Counted from the first letter of the stretch, positions 1-10,941 are shown. The stretch is 64,000 nucleotides of DNA from Bacteroidales bacterium (GCA_049969475.1 JBMFOU010000020.1:110-64109), one strand, 5' to 3'. Numbers and translations are program-made. Notes: a model not told the origin generated them from the sequence alone.

Positions 1-261
1 GATTTATCCGAAGTTCGATTTTGAAATCTGAGCTACCCTCTTCGGCGTTTGGCGACTCCGATTGACTTTAAAATGCTTTATAAACCCGGCACCGTCTGCC
101 TCTGTGGCGTAAAACGGGAGTATATGTTTGTTTGCATTGCGCAGAACGCCTGGAAACCCTGGGCTTGATAAGAAACCTGCCTTCGAAGCAACTAATACCA
201 CTAGGGAAATATGGCTTTTCGCCTTGCATTTGATTTGTGGCGATTAATTAAACGCGCAAAT

Positions 262-305
262 TAAAAGAGGCTGCCTCAGAAAATTCCTGACAGCCTCTTT
301 TTTTA
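262..305. terminator. Hairpin with T-rich flanks on both strands, a likely bidirectional rho-independent terminator just downstream of gap
   Basis: aagaggctg (265-273) pairs with cagcctctt (291-299). A T7 run follows on the + strand and cttttaattt follows on the - strand. Confidence 0.6.
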
Positions 306-326
306 GGATTTTTTGATTTAAATGAT

Positions 327-1358
<1,032 letters not shown>

Positions 1359-1371
1359 TCATTTGCGTGTG

Positions 1372-1379
1372 CAAAGGTA
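1372..1379 (-). promoter_or_regulatory. Bacteroidota-type -7 promoter box (TAccTTTG) for gap
   Basis: caaaggta on + equals TACCTTTG on -, about 40 nt upstream of the gap ATG. Matches the TAnnTTTG consensus. Confidence 0.5.
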
Positions 1380-1461
1380 GAGATTTTATTTGTTTGCTGG
1401 AATTGTGAAAGATTGATTTTAACTTAATATTCAAAGATTTTGGTCAGTTGTTAGTGTGTAA

Positions 1462-3504
1462 TTAGTTGTTATTTTTCAACACAAGACCCAAAACAAACCA
1501 GCGACCGGGTAGTGGCACGCCCCCATGGTCGTAATATTTAGCATTGGTCACATTTTGAGCAGAGAATGAAAATTCCCAGTTGCTGCCAGTAAAGGTTACT
1601 TTAATATCGGCCATGAAGCTGCCACCGTAGGCTCTGGCTATCTCCGTACCTTCCTTTTCGTACGCAATATACTGTCCAACCCTGTATTGGTAAATACTAT
1701 TGATGCCCACTGAAAGGGATGGCAGGGGTTGAATGAGTGTGGTCAGGGTTAATTTGTGCCGCAATGGGTCGAGTACATACCGTGATGCCAAGGTGTCGGT
1801 GGTTTTGGAAGCGTGAGTAAATGAATAGCTCATTCCTACATCCGACAACATTCTCCACAGCGATTTGGCCAGAGAATTAGAAACAAGGAAAGAGAATTCG
1901 GCTCCGTAAACATCGACCCTGGTATGGTTGACACTTCTCCATTTTTCCTCACCCGGCCCTCTAACCCAATCGATTAGATTTCTTCCTTTTCTGAGGAATA
2001 AATCGACGGAGGTAGCAATTGCAGGCGCGTGATACCTCCAGCCAGTTTCGTAAGCGAGGGCGGTTTCTGGTTTCAACTGTGGATTCGCGATGTTTGTGGG
2101 CCCCTGGTAGTATAGGTCGGTATAGGTGGGAAGGCGCAAGGAACGGTTGACAGACCAATAAATATGAGAATTAGGTCCACTTTCATACGAAATATCAACC
2201 CCTGGATAGATTTCCCATCTGTGGAGAGAACTGAGCCAATTGAACAGGGTTCCAGAAGAGAGAGTAAAGCGGTTAAAGCTTATTAAATGGTTTACATATA
2301 CCCCCACTTGATAGCGACCCGCCTGGCGTGTGTAGAATGCGCTATCAGCCATAGGAACTTTCTGTTGCTCTTTCAAGGGTTCTCCAAGAACATTACTTAG
2401 AATGGTCTCATACCTTCCGTCGATGCCCAGCGAAGTGATTCCTCCTTTCCAGGAAAGGTTTGCAGGAATTTGTAATCCTGCTATCAGAGAGGAATGATAG
2501 TTTGGACCTTTATACCAACTAGGTGCCTGATAGCGAAATAGCTCAAAACGGTCGAAATGTTTCCGAAAGTAGGCCTTTGGGGTTAGTGAAAACCTTTTTT
2601 TCTGAATGGTACCTGAGGCTGACACAAAGCCCGCAAACGTTTCTTCGAACTGATCAGGATACTTGAGTGAATAAAAACTGTTGGCTCCAAATGCCCTGTG
2701 CGAGAAACCAGCCTGCAAGTCGAGCATTGACTCCTCCCCCTTTGAATAAACAGCACGGGCAAAGCCTAACTGCTGCGAAGCATCAGTGTTGGGGGCAAAT
2801 CCGTTGTGGCTCTGATGAGCTATTCCGGTAAATATTCCCCACTTTCCCAGTGAACGCATCAACGAGCCATCCACAGATATTAACTGATGTTGGCCTCCCT
2901 GAATCTGAATTTCAGAGGCATCACTTGAAGGAAAAGGCGTGACAAGGTTTACCGCACCAGCAAAGGCATTCGATCCCCAGATACGGGCTGCTGGCCCACG
3001 TAATACTTCGATTTTAGAAAGCCAACGGGGCACAAGGGGAAGATCAAAGCTGTGATGACCGGTTTGTGGATTTGTGAGGTTGATACCATTGAGGAGAATG
3101 AGGGTTTGATCGAAAGATCCACCTCTGAGGCTAATGTCGGCTTGCGTGCCCGGAGCTCCGCGTTGACGGACATCGACTCCGGGCATAAGATCCAGCGCTT
3201 CGGCAGGGGTGGCCAAAGCCAGCTGCTGGATAAGCTCCGGAGCCATGATCCCTAACGGACGCGAGGCCTGTGAAGCCAGAACAGGCACCCGCTGGGCTGT
3301 GATGACTACTTCGTCATCGGGTAAGGTCTTCTGCATCAGCAACGTGTCGGTTTGCTGAGCACGGCAGGGCTCCCGCAAAATGCTAAACGTGTATAGCAAT
3401 ACCCCTATGCGTATAAGCCTGCCCAGGCTATTGAACACAGCATAAGGCTTTCTGGTCCAACGCCTGAAATTTACAACCGATTTGGAGTGTTGAAAGGAAG
3501 ACAT
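1462..3504 (-). CDS. TonB-dependent outer-membrane receptor (plug + beta-barrel), substrate unknown
   Basis: 680 aa with a signal-like N-terminus. Plug motifs DEVVITAQR and IEVLRGPAA, followed by a long Tyr/Gly/Asn-rich barrel. Confidence 0.8.
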   Translation of the reverse strand: MSSFQHSKSVVNFRRWTRKPYAVFNSLGRLIRIGVLLYTFSILREPCRAQQTDTLLMQKTLPDDEVVITAQRVPVLASQASRPLGIMAPELIQQLALATPAEALDLMPGVDVRQRGAPGTQADISLRGGSFDQTLILLNGINLTNPQTGHHSFDLPLVPRWLSKIEVLRGPAARIWGSNAFAGAVNLVTPFPSSDASEIQIQGGQHQLISVDGSLMRSLGKWGIFTGIAHQSHNGFAPNTDASQQLGFARAVYSKGEESMLDLQAGFSHRAFGANSFYSLKYPDQFEETFAGFVSASGTIQKKRFSLTPKAYFRKHFDRFELFRYQAPSWYKGPNYHSSLIAGLQIPANLSWKGGITSLGIDGRYETILSNVLGEPLKEQQKVPMADSAFYTRQAGRYQVGVYVNHLISFNRFTLSSGTLFNWLSSLHRWEIYPGVDISYESGPNSHIYWSVNRSLRLPTYTDLYYQGPTNIANPQLKPETALAYETGWRYHAPAIATSVDLFLRKGRNLIDWVRGPGEEKWRSVNHTRVDVYGAEFSFLVSNSLAKSLWRMLSDVGMSYSFTHASKTTDTLASRYVLDPLRHKLTLTTLIQPLPSLSVGINSIYQYRVGQYIAYEKEGTEIARAYGGSFMADIKVTFTGSNWEFSFSAQNVTNAKYYDHGGVPLPGRWFVLGLVLKNNN

Positions 3505-3522
3505 GACTCAAAAAATGAACCG

Positions 3523-3530
3523 CAAAGGTA
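3523..3530 (-). promoter_or_regulatory. -7 promoter box (TAccTTTG) for the TonB receptor
   Basis: caaaggta on +, 19 nt upstream of the ATG at 3504. Confidence 0.45.
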
Positions 3531-3560
3531 AAAACGTTATCTTGAATCATTAACCCTCTT

Positions 3561-4286
3561 TTGAAACTTCAACAAAGTCTGGGACTTTACCTTCGAAAGG
3601 CAGAGATTCCTTCTCCCTGGCGGGGAAAACCTGTCATATCCGATGCCAGGGTAGTTGAGGAGGCGGTTGCTGCGGTTTGCCCAACCGGGGCCATCAGCAC
3701 TGCCCCACTATCTATAGATTTGGGTCGCTGTGCCTTTTGTGGTGAATGTGCCCTGGCCTTTCCCGAAAAAATAAAGTTCACGAATAATAAGCAGATTTAC
3801 AGCAATAAAAGGGAGAATCTCATCATCAAAGAAGGAGACGATAGTCCTACCTTATTCGACCCTGAATCGGTTCGGTCCGAAATTAAACACATATTTCGAA
3901 AATCATTAAAAATCAGACAAGTATCGGCGGGAGGTGACAATTCGGCCGAATGGGAGCTTAATGCCAGCGGAAACGCTAATTTCGATATGCACAGGTTTGG
4001 GATTGAGTTTGTAGCTTCACCCCGTCATGCCGATGGTATAGTTACCACAGGCCCAATTTCTTCCAATATGGCTGAAGCCTTGCGAATTACATACGAAGCA
4101 ACACCTGATCCCAAAGTTATTATTCTGGCAGGTGGGGATGCTATTAGCGGAGGCATTTTTTCTGATAGCCCGGCCCTTGATCGTTCATTTCTTGACAACC
4201 ATCCTGTAGACCTTTATATACCGGGTAATCCCCCTCATCCCCTGGTGATTATAAATGCTTTACTTGACCTTTGCGGTAGGAAATAA
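3561..4286 (+). CDS. Ferredoxin-like N-terminus fused to a NuoB / hydrogenase-small-subunit-like (20 kDa subunit) domain that lacks the cluster cysteines
   Basis: N-terminus has VCPTGA ... CAFCGEC (4 Cys). C-terminus aligns to NuoB motifs RFG, ASPRHADG, PKVIILAGGDAISGG and VDLYIPGNPPHP, with Cys replaced by G/D/D/N. TTG start and no internal Met nearby. Confidence 0.6.
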   Translation: MKLQQSLGLYLRKAEIPSPWRGKPVISDARVVEEAVAAVCPTGAISTAPLSIDLGRCAFCGECALAFPEKIKFTNNKQIYSNKRENLIIKEGDDSPTLFDPESVRSEIKHIFRKSLKIRQVSAGGDNSAEWELNASGNANFDMHRFGIEFVASPRHADGIVTTGPISSNMAEALRITYEATPDPKVIILAGGDAISGGIFSDSPALDRSFLDNHPVDLYIPGNPPHPLVIINALLDLCGRK

Positions 4287-4350
4287 ATTTTAGGAAAAGG
4301 CTGTTATTCTTCTTTTCCCTTATTAACTTAGCATTCCAATTTACCAGGGA

Positions 4351-6591
4351 ATGCTTAAGGAAAATCCAATCCTGCGGCTATTAATTCCATTTTTAGCGGG
4401 AATCCTGCTTTACAGTAGGGTGAACTTAGATTGGGGCCCAGCCTTTGTGGGTATGGCTCTTGGGGTTGCATTCATCACTTTGTGGATACTGGAACGGAGG
4501 TTTCAGTTTTCGGAGCAATGGATTACTTCGGTTCTGGTGTTTTTTTCCATGGTGTTGGCAGGAGCAGGTTCCATGGCTGTGAAAAACTATTTTTTCCATT
4601 ACCACCATTTTGAATCATACCTGCCGACGAGTGATGGTTGGGTGGCACAAATTATGGATTACGGCCAGGAAAAGGAGCGATCGGTAAAATACCTTGCTCA
4701 AATGGAAGGCTCGCTGGATTCGACAGGAGAGAGGCCAGCCGGAGGGAAAATTATTCTCTATCTGGCTAAAGACTCCCGGGCATTGAGTCTGGCACCAGGT
4801 ACGCAAATTGTATTTAAAGGAACCCCTTTGGCAATCCCGGGTCCCTCGTTACCGGGTGGATTTAATTATAGACAGTACCTGGCCCGCAAAGGAATTTTCT
4901 ATCAAATTTATCTCCCGGGTGATGCATGGAAATCTTATCCGGTTCAGCACTCCATCGGGTTGAAGCCTTGGGCTGCTAAAGCCAGGGGGAAACTCTTAAG
5001 GGTTTTGCATACTTATGGCCTCGAGGGTAAGCAATATGCAGTGGCTTCTGCTATCTTATTGGGATATTCCTCAGCTCTTGATCCTGAAACTCGTCAAATT
5101 TTTGCCGGTTCAGGGGCCATGCATGTTTTGTGTGTTTCGGGATTGCATGTGGGGATTATTTATTTGTTTCTCGGGGTTTTAATGGCTCCCTGGGTGCGCT
5201 GGAAAAGCGGTCGCCTTTTAAAGAGTATTATAAGCATGGTAGTCATCTGGGGATATGCCCTGCTTACTGGGCTTAGTGCTTCGGTAATCAGGGCAGCTAC
5301 TATGTTTTCTTTTTTAAGCATAGGTCAAATGGCGGGTCGCAGGACATCAATATATAATACGCTGGCAGCTTCCGCTTTTTTTATTCTTCTGTTTAATCCT
5401 TATCTGCTTTTTGAAATAGGATTTCAGCTCTCTTACCTTGCTGTTCTTGGAATTGTAAGCATACAGCCTGGAATTTATCGCCTGCTTTCCTTTAATAATA
5501 CCTTGCTTGATAAAATCTGGGCGTTGATTGCGGTTTCATTGGCAGCCCAGCTAACAACAGGCCCGCTGGCAGCCTATTATTTCCATCAGTTCCCAGCCTA
5601 TTTTCTTATCACCAATCTTTGGGTAATACCGATTTCTTTTGTGGTCATGTTTTTAGGGGTGTTGTTCTTCGTTACTTCCTGGATTCCCCTTTTGGGTCAT
5701 TGGACCGGATGGCTTCTTGCCTGGGCCTTGCGCATTATGAATGGCGGAGTCGGGTTTATTGAAAATCTGCCTGGTGCCGTTATTTCAGGTTTATACCCCG
5801 ACACTATATTTACCGTGCTTCTCTATTTATCTATTTTCTTGATAGTCTTGTATTTTTATTTTTCGAAAAGTTGGTTATTCTACGGTGCTTTAGCCTGTAT
5901 TTCAGTCCTGGCACTAAAATTCCCCATCACTTCATGCATGGCCCGAAATAATGAAGGGAGAGTTGTGGTCAATGCATCTTCCCGTTCCGGGTTTTTCCTG
6001 TTGGATGAAACCCGGGCTTGGCTTTCAGATTCAGCTTTATTGAGCGATAAAGGAATTAGAGACTGGTTAGGTTCGAATGGGATAAAGGATATAAGGATTC
6101 TAAAAGCTCCTTCCAGTTTTATCTGGAAGGGGAGGGTTTTTTGTTTATTGAAGGGTGACAGCCTTAAAGTTCCCATGAACAGGCATGTCGATTTTCTTTA
6201 TATACAGGGTCGAATATCTCTTAACCCTGAGAAGTTTTTGGCTGTATGCCGTCCGTCCCTTGTGGTATTTGGTGCGGATGTAACGCCTTATATTCTGAGG
6301 AAGTGGAAAGAAAAACTGCGTAAAAACGGAATACGCTTTTACGCAGTAAGGGAAGAAGGTTATTTCATGGAAGAAGTTCATCCGGCGAAAAATTTAGAGG
6401 CTTTGACCAATGCAGCATCCAGTCCTTCGGGAAAGCTGCCCCCAGCCGTAGCAAAGTGCGGTTGTCCCCCGCCTCCTCCTCTGATTTCCCTGGCAAAATC
6501 TTTGACTAATTGGCCAGCATTCCAGCCTTTCTCGCTTGCAAGGTTTTCGCTAATCAGGAGGCTGATGCCTGGTTTACCATTCGAAATATAG
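4351..6591 (+). CDS. comEC: ComEC/Rec2 family DNA-uptake channel protein (no metallo-beta-lactamase domain seen)
   Basis: Polytopic membrane protein with a GAMHVLCVSGLHVG competence-domain motif. The last ~71 codons run antisense through the 3' end of alaS. Confidence 0.8.
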   Translation: MLKENPILRLLIPFLAGILLYSRVNLDWGPAFVGMALGVAFITLWILERRFQFSEQWITSVLVFFSMVLAGAGSMAVKNYFFHYHHFESYLPTSDGWVAQIMDYGQEKERSVKYLAQMEGSLDSTGERPAGGKIILYLAKDSRALSLAPGTQIVFKGTPLAIPGPSLPGGFNYRQYLARKGIFYQIYLPGDAWKSYPVQHSIGLKPWAAKARGKLLRVLHTYGLEGKQYAVASAILLGYSSALDPETRQIFAGSGAMHVLCVSGLHVGIIYLFLGVLMAPWVRWKSGRLLKSIISMVVIWGYALLTGLSASVIRAATMFSFLSIGQMAGRRTSIYNTLAASAFFILLFNPYLLFEIGFQLSYLAVLGIVSIQPGIYRLLSFNNTLLDKIWALIAVSLAAQLTTGPLAAYYFHQFPAYFLITNLWVIPISFVVMFLGVLFFVTSWIPLLGHWTGWLLAWALRIMNGGVGFIENLPGAVISGLYPDTIFTVLLYLSIFLIVLYFYFSKSWLFYGALACISVLALKFPITSCMARNNEGRVVVNASSRSGFFLLDETRAWLSDSALLSDKGIRDWLGSNGIKDIRILKAPSSFIWKGRVFCLLKGDSLKVPMNRHVDFLYIQGRISLNPEKFLAVCRPSLVVFGADVTPYILRKWKEKLRKNGIRFYAVREEGYFMEEVHPAKNLEALTNAASSPSGKLPPAVAKCGCPPPPPLISLAKSLTNWPAFQPFSLARFSLIRRLMPGLPFEI

Positions 6592-8999
6592 GCCAGTAGA
6601 CCTACCAGCGGTGTATGGGTTTGTTTAAGGCGGTAAAGCAGGTCGCGGGCCAGGGTGGCATCTCCATCAATGCGGGTAGCTATAAAATGAAATCCGTTGA
6701 GGTTTGTGGCTTTGCTTTTTAATGTTTCTATAATGCTATCAGTGAGCACCTTGCGTAATTCCTCAACCTGCTGTTCCAGGCGGCTCTTTTCCTCCAGGAG
6801 ATTCTGAACTCCTTTGACGGCATCAACCGGATTTTTAACCAATACTTTCACTTCCTCCAGCGTGTCGAGGGTATGGTTGTAAAAGCTGATGGCTTCGGGG
6901 CCTGTCAGTGCCTCTATTCGTCTAACGCCAGCAGCAATGGCCGATTCTGAGACAATTTTAAAAAGCCCTATCTGACCTGTAGAGGGCACGTGGGTGCCAC
7001 CGCAAAGTTCCACCGAATATTCCGGATCGAACGCGATTACACGTACTTTATCTCCATATTTTTCACCAAAAAGAGCCATGGCTCCCATTTTCCGCGCCTC
7101 TTCTATGGGCAGTTCTCTCCACTCACTTCGCGGAAGGTTAGCCCAAATTTTTTCGTTGACCAGGTCTTCTACTTTACGAATTTCTTCAGATGTTAACCGT
7201 GCAAAATGGGAGAAATCGAAGCGCAGTCGTTTTTCATCTACCAGCGAGCCTTTTTGCTCTACGTGCGTTCCCAGAACCTTACGAAGGGCAGCGTGCATCA
7301 GATGAGTGGCCGAGTGGTTGTTGGCTGTGAGCCAGCGCTTGCGGGCGTCTACTTTGAGTAACACAGGTAACGTGATATCCGCAGGCATTCGGCTTACAAT
7401 GTGAACGCTGAGGTTGTTTTCCTTCACCGTATCTTCAATCTCTATCCTTTCCTCTCCTGAAATTAATATTCCACGGTCACCTACCTGCCCGCCGGATTCG
7501 GCATAAAAAGGGGTTCGGTTGAAAACAACCTGATAGTAGGTTTTTTTGGCTGTTTTAACCCTTCTAAACTTAACAATTTCTGCCTCAGCTTCCAGGGTGT
7601 CGTATCCCAGAAATGTAGTCTCTGTTTCCTCGTTGCCTACCTCTACCCAGTCGTCGGTATCAACGGCTGCGGCTGCTCTGGAACGTTCTTTCTGTTGCTC
7701 AAGGTTTTTGTGGAAGGCTGTCATATCCACATCCCAGCCTTGTTCGCGGGCCATAAGCTGGGTAAGGTCGATAGGAAAGCCATAGGTATCATACAGTTCA
7801 AAAGCAAAATTTCCATCGATAAGGCCTGGCTGCTGAGCATTGATTAAATAGGCATTGAATTTTTGGATACCCGATTCGAGGGTTCGCAGGAAGTTGCTTT
7901 CTTCTTCGGCTGCCACCCGGCGTATAAGTTCTTCCTGAGCAATGAGTTCGGGGAAAAAAGTACCCATTTGTTCTTTCAGCCGCGAAACAAGCAGTGAGAT
8001 AAAGGGTTGGCGAAATCCAAGGAAGGTATAGCCGTATCGGACGGCTCTTCGCAAAATGCGACGAATTACATAACCTCCTTTAGTGTTTGAGGGTAATTGT
8101 CCATCGGCAATGGCAAAAGAGATGGCCCTCAAATGGTCGGCTATTACTCGCATGGCCACATCGGCCTTAGGATCTTCTCCGTATTTTTTACCGGCCATGG
8201 CAGCGATGCTGTTAATAAGGGGCTGAAAAACATCCGTGTCGTAGTTACTTTGTTTTCCTTGCAATACCATACATAGGCGCTCGAATCCCATCCCAGTATC
8301 TACATGACGGGCAGGCAATTTCTGTAAGCTGCCGTTGGCCATTCTGTTGAATTCAATAAATACTAGGTTCCATATTTCAATGACCAAAGGGTGCCCCTTA
8401 TTTACCAGCTCACGACCTGGAACTGTATTGCGTTCTTCATCATTTCGAATGTCAACATGAATCTCCGAACAAGGTCCGCAGGGCCCCGTATCGCCCATTT
8501 CCCAAAAATTATCTTTTTTACTTCCAAAAAGGATACGATCCTCAGGAACGTATTTTTTCCAGATTTCGTAGGCCTCCATATCCCTTGGAATACCATCTGC
8601 CTCATCTCCCCCGAAGACTGTAATGTAGAGCTTTTGTTTATCAATCTTATAAACTTCGGTGAGCAATTCCCAGGCCCAGGCAATAGCCTCCTCTTTAAAA
8701 TAATCTCCAAACGACCAGTTGCCCAGCATCTCAAACATGGTATGGTGGTAGGTGTCGTGGCCGACTTCCTCCAGGTCGTTGTGTTTACCCGATACCCTGA
8801 GGCATTTCTGGGTGTCGGCTACCCTTGGATATTGAGCGGGAGTGTGCCCCAGAAAAATATCCTTGAATTGGTTCATCCCTGCGTTGGTAAACATCAGGGT
8901 GGGGTCGTTTTTGATAACCATGGGTGCTGAGGGCACTATCTGATGCCCTTTGCCTGCAAAAAAGTCGAGAAATGTTTGTCGGATCTCTGCGGATTTCAT
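6378..8999 (-). CDS. alaS: Alanine--tRNA ligase
   Basis: 873 aa. Class II core FTNAGMNQFK and HHTMFEMLGNWSFGDYFK, editing-domain HSATHLMH, C-terminal GGGGGQPHFATAGG. Confidence 0.97.
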   Translation of the reverse strand: MKSAEIRQTFLDFFAGKGHQIVPSAPMVIKNDPTLMFTNAGMNQFKDIFLGHTPAQYPRVADTQKCLRVSGKHNDLEEVGHDTYHHTMFEMLGNWSFGDYFKEEAIAWAWELLTEVYKIDKQKLYITVFGGDEADGIPRDMEAYEIWKKYVPEDRILFGSKKDNFWEMGDTGPCGPCSEIHVDIRNDEERNTVPGRELVNKGHPLVIEIWNLVFIEFNRMANGSLQKLPARHVDTGMGFERLCMVLQGKQSNYDTDVFQPLINSIAAMAGKKYGEDPKADVAMRVIADHLRAISFAIADGQLPSNTKGGYVIRRILRRAVRYGYTFLGFRQPFISLLVSRLKEQMGTFFPELIAQEELIRRVAAEEESNFLRTLESGIQKFNAYLINAQQPGLIDGNFAFELYDTYGFPIDLTQLMAREQGWDVDMTAFHKNLEQQKERSRAAAAVDTDDWVEVGNEETETTFLGYDTLEAEAEIVKFRRVKTAKKTYYQVVFNRTPFYAESGGQVGDRGILISGEERIEIEDTVKENNLSVHIVSRMPADITLPVLLKVDARKRWLTANNHSATHLMHAALRKVLGTHVEQKGSLVDEKRLRFDFSHFARLTSEEIRKVEDLVNEKIWANLPRSEWRELPIEEARKMGAMALFGEKYGDKVRVIAFDPEYSVELCGGTHVPSTGQIGLFKIVSESAIAAGVRRIEALTGPEAISFYNHTLDTLEEVKVLVKNPVDAVKGVQNLLEEKSRLEQQVEELRKVLTDSIIETLKSKATNLNGFHFIATRIDGDATLARDLLYRLKQTHTPLVGLLAYISNGKPGISLLISENLASEKGWNAGQLVKDFAREIRGGGGGQPHFATAGGSFPEGLDAALVKASKFFAG

Positions 9000-9125
9000 G
9001 TTTTATTTGTCTTATCTGCTAATTATCTTAACATTATTTAACCTTTTAGGTTTAAAAGATGTTTTGGTTTGATTTTGAAAGTTTTATGATAAAATAGGAG
9101 TGGATTCTGTTTTACGAAAAGGTCT

Positions 9126-9133
9126 GCAAAGTT
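9126..9133 (-). promoter_or_regulatory. Candidate -7 box (TAacTTTG) for alaS
   Basis: caaagtta on +, 127 nt upstream of the alaS ATG. Confidence 0.3.
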
Positions 9134-9144
9134 ACTGGAAAATA

Positions 9145-9152
9145 TTAATTTT
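9145..9152 (+). promoter_or_regulatory. Candidate -7 box (TAatTTTG) for the M23 peptidase gene
   Basis: taattttg, 61 nt upstream of ATG 9213. Confidence 0.35.
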
Positions 9153-9212
9153 GCCCGCAAAGCAGTTCTGCACGGGAGTGCAGCCCACTGTTGGAATCAC
9201 TTCACCCACAGG

Positions 9213-10202
9213 ATGTCGAAAAAACACCGATATTATTTTGACCCCATTACGCTTACCTACAAGATTATCCCTGTTCGGTTCAGGGATAAGCTAAAAAGGT
9301 TTTTTTATGTTTTATCTGCGGGTTTGGTTTTTAGTACCATAGTTGTTTCGATTGCCTATTCATTTTTCTCCTCTCCTAAAGAACGCATGCTGCTGCGCGA
9401 AATCGATACCTATAAAACCCAGTTACAGGCGATAAACCAGGAATTGGACCGCATGCAAAAGGTACTGAACAATTTGCAGCAGCGCGACAATAACATTTAT
9501 CGGGTTATTTTCGAAGCAGAACCCATTCCCGCCTCTGCTCGTGAAGGGGCGCTTGGAGGCGCCGACCCTTACTCCGCTTTGCGAAATATGACCACTGGAG
9601 AGCTTTTGCTGGAAACTGCTCAAAAGCTCGATAAAATCAAAAGCCGAATGTACGTTCAGTCGAAATCATTCGACGAGGTTTTCAACCTGGCCAAGCAAAA
9701 AGAAGCTATGTTGGCTTCCATTCCCGCTATTCAGCCTATCAACAAAAGAGACTTAAAATATATTTCCTCGTATTACGGTTATCGAATACATCCCTTTTAT
9801 AAAACGGTAATGTTTCATGAAGGTATGGACTTCACGGCCCCGGTAGGTGCCAAAGTATTTGCCACAGGTGATGGTACGGTGGAAGAAGCCTCTCAGATTA
9901 TTAAAGATGGTTATGGCCGTAAAGTTATTATCGATCATGGCTTTGGATATAAAACTGTTTATGCCCATCTTCAATCATTCAGGGTTCGTCCCGGACAGAA
10001 AGTGAAACGTGGTGATTGGATTGCTAACGTGGGCAACACTGGTCTTTCCTCCGGACCGCATCTCCACTACGAAGTGGTGTATAATGGAAAACCTGTTAAT
10101 CCGGCTTATTTTATGTTCGATATCGATCCGGCTACCTTCCAGGAAATGATCAATCAGTCCCCAACGTTCTCCGAAACACCCAATGCCCCGGTTGCTGAAT
10201 AA
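9213..10202 (+). CDS. M23 family metallopeptidase (membrane-anchored, coiled-coil linker)
   Basis: N-terminal TM segment. HEGMDF and GNTGLSSGPHLHYEV LytM/M23 zinc motifs. Confidence 0.85.
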   Translation: MSKKHRYYFDPITLTYKIIPVRFRDKLKRFFYVLSAGLVFSTIVVSIAYSFFSSPKERMLLREIDTYKTQLQAINQELDRMQKVLNNLQQRDNNIYRVIFEAEPIPASAREGALGGADPYSALRNMTTGELLLETAQKLDKIKSRMYVQSKSFDEVFNLAKQKEAMLASIPAIQPINKRDLKYISSYYGYRIHPFYKTVMFHEGMDFTAPVGAKVFATGDGTVEEASQIIKDGYGRKVIIDHGFGYKTVYAHLQSFRVRPGQKVKRGDWIANVGNTGLSSGPHLHYEVVYNGKPVNPAYFMFDIDPATFQEMINQSPTFSETPNAPVAE

Positions 10203-10219
10203 TCTTGAAAATTTTTCCC

Positions 10220-10552
10220 ATGAAAAGAGGTGAAAATAGCCCCAAAGTTTATTATACCATTGGCGAAGTAAGCCGCCTGCTGGGCGTAAACCCAAGTACG
10301 CTGCGTTTCTGGGAAAAGGAATTTGAGGGAATTAAGCCTTACCGCAACAAAAAAGGCAACCGGTTTTATCATCCCAAAGATGTGGAAATGCTGAAGCTTA
10401 TATATTACCTTTTAAAAGATAAACGGTACACCATCGAAGGGGCCCGGGAATATATTCGCTTGAATAAGAAACAAGGGCTGCGCGATATGGAAATTGCCGC
10501 TACGCTTAAGGATATTAGAGCTTTTTTGGTTCATCTGCGCGATAGCCTCTGA
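10220..10552 (+). CDS. MerR family transcriptional regulator
   Basis: HTH YTIGEVSRLLGVNPSTLRFWEKEF. The ORF-track start 10205 is TTG. ATG at 10220 preferred. Confidence 0.75.
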   Translation: MKRGENSPKVYYTIGEVSRLLGVNPSTLRFWEKEFEGIKPYRNKKGNRFYHPKDVEMLKLIYYLLKDKRYTIEGAREYIRLNKKQGLRDMEIAATLKDIRAFLVHLRDSL

Positions 10553-10557
10553 TTTTT

Positions 10558-10941
10558 ATGAACTTATGGTTTCATTTGGGAGATATCTTTCTCACGGTTT
10601 TTCACACCAGCCTGATGATATTTAATGTTTTAGGTTGGCTTATCCCTTCTACCCGTCGCCTCAACCTGCTATCTTTACTTCTGACCTTTTTTTCCTGGAC
10701 TTTTCTGGGTTATTGGTACGGGTGGGGCTATTGCCCACTAACTGATCTGCATTTTTCACTCCTCGAAAAACTGGGTTACAGGCATCTACCCCCTTCTTAT
10801 CTGCAATTTATGCTGGATCGTTTTTGGGGTTGGGAAATAAGCACACATCAGGCCGACCTAATAACCGTAGGAGGACTGGCGTTGGGCTTTCTGGGGTCGT
10901 TGACCCTCAACCTTAGGAATATCAGGGAAAAAAGAAAATGA
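10558..10941 (+). CDS. Small integral membrane protein (DUF2784-like)
   Basis: 127 aa, 3-4 hydrophobic helices, GYCPLTDLH motif. The family assignment is from memory only. Confidence 0.5.
   Translation: MNLWFHLGDIFLTVFHTSLMIFNVLGWLIPSTRRLNLLSLLLTFFSWTFLGYWYGWGYCPLTDLHFSLLEKLGYRHLPPSYLQFMLDRFWGWEISTHQADLITVGGLALGFLGSLTLNLRNIREKRK

Noticed and set aside
1-260. Non-coding-looking leader at the window start, including the 65-aa ORF 4..201 (-). On the minus strand there is a weak resemblance to a glycine-riboswitch core (GGAGtcgccaaaCGCCGAAGaGGGtaGCTCAGatttcAAAAtcGAAC) and a CTTATCAAG string reminiscent of SAM-I.
   Set aside because: The ORF has no recognisable domain or promoter context. The glycine-like stretch lacks the P3b hairpin and the GGAGAG/AAAGGAC blocks, and the SAM-I-like string lacks GAGGGA and the rest of the core. 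It cannot be supported without a covariance-model search (Rfam cmsearch on 1-260, both strands).
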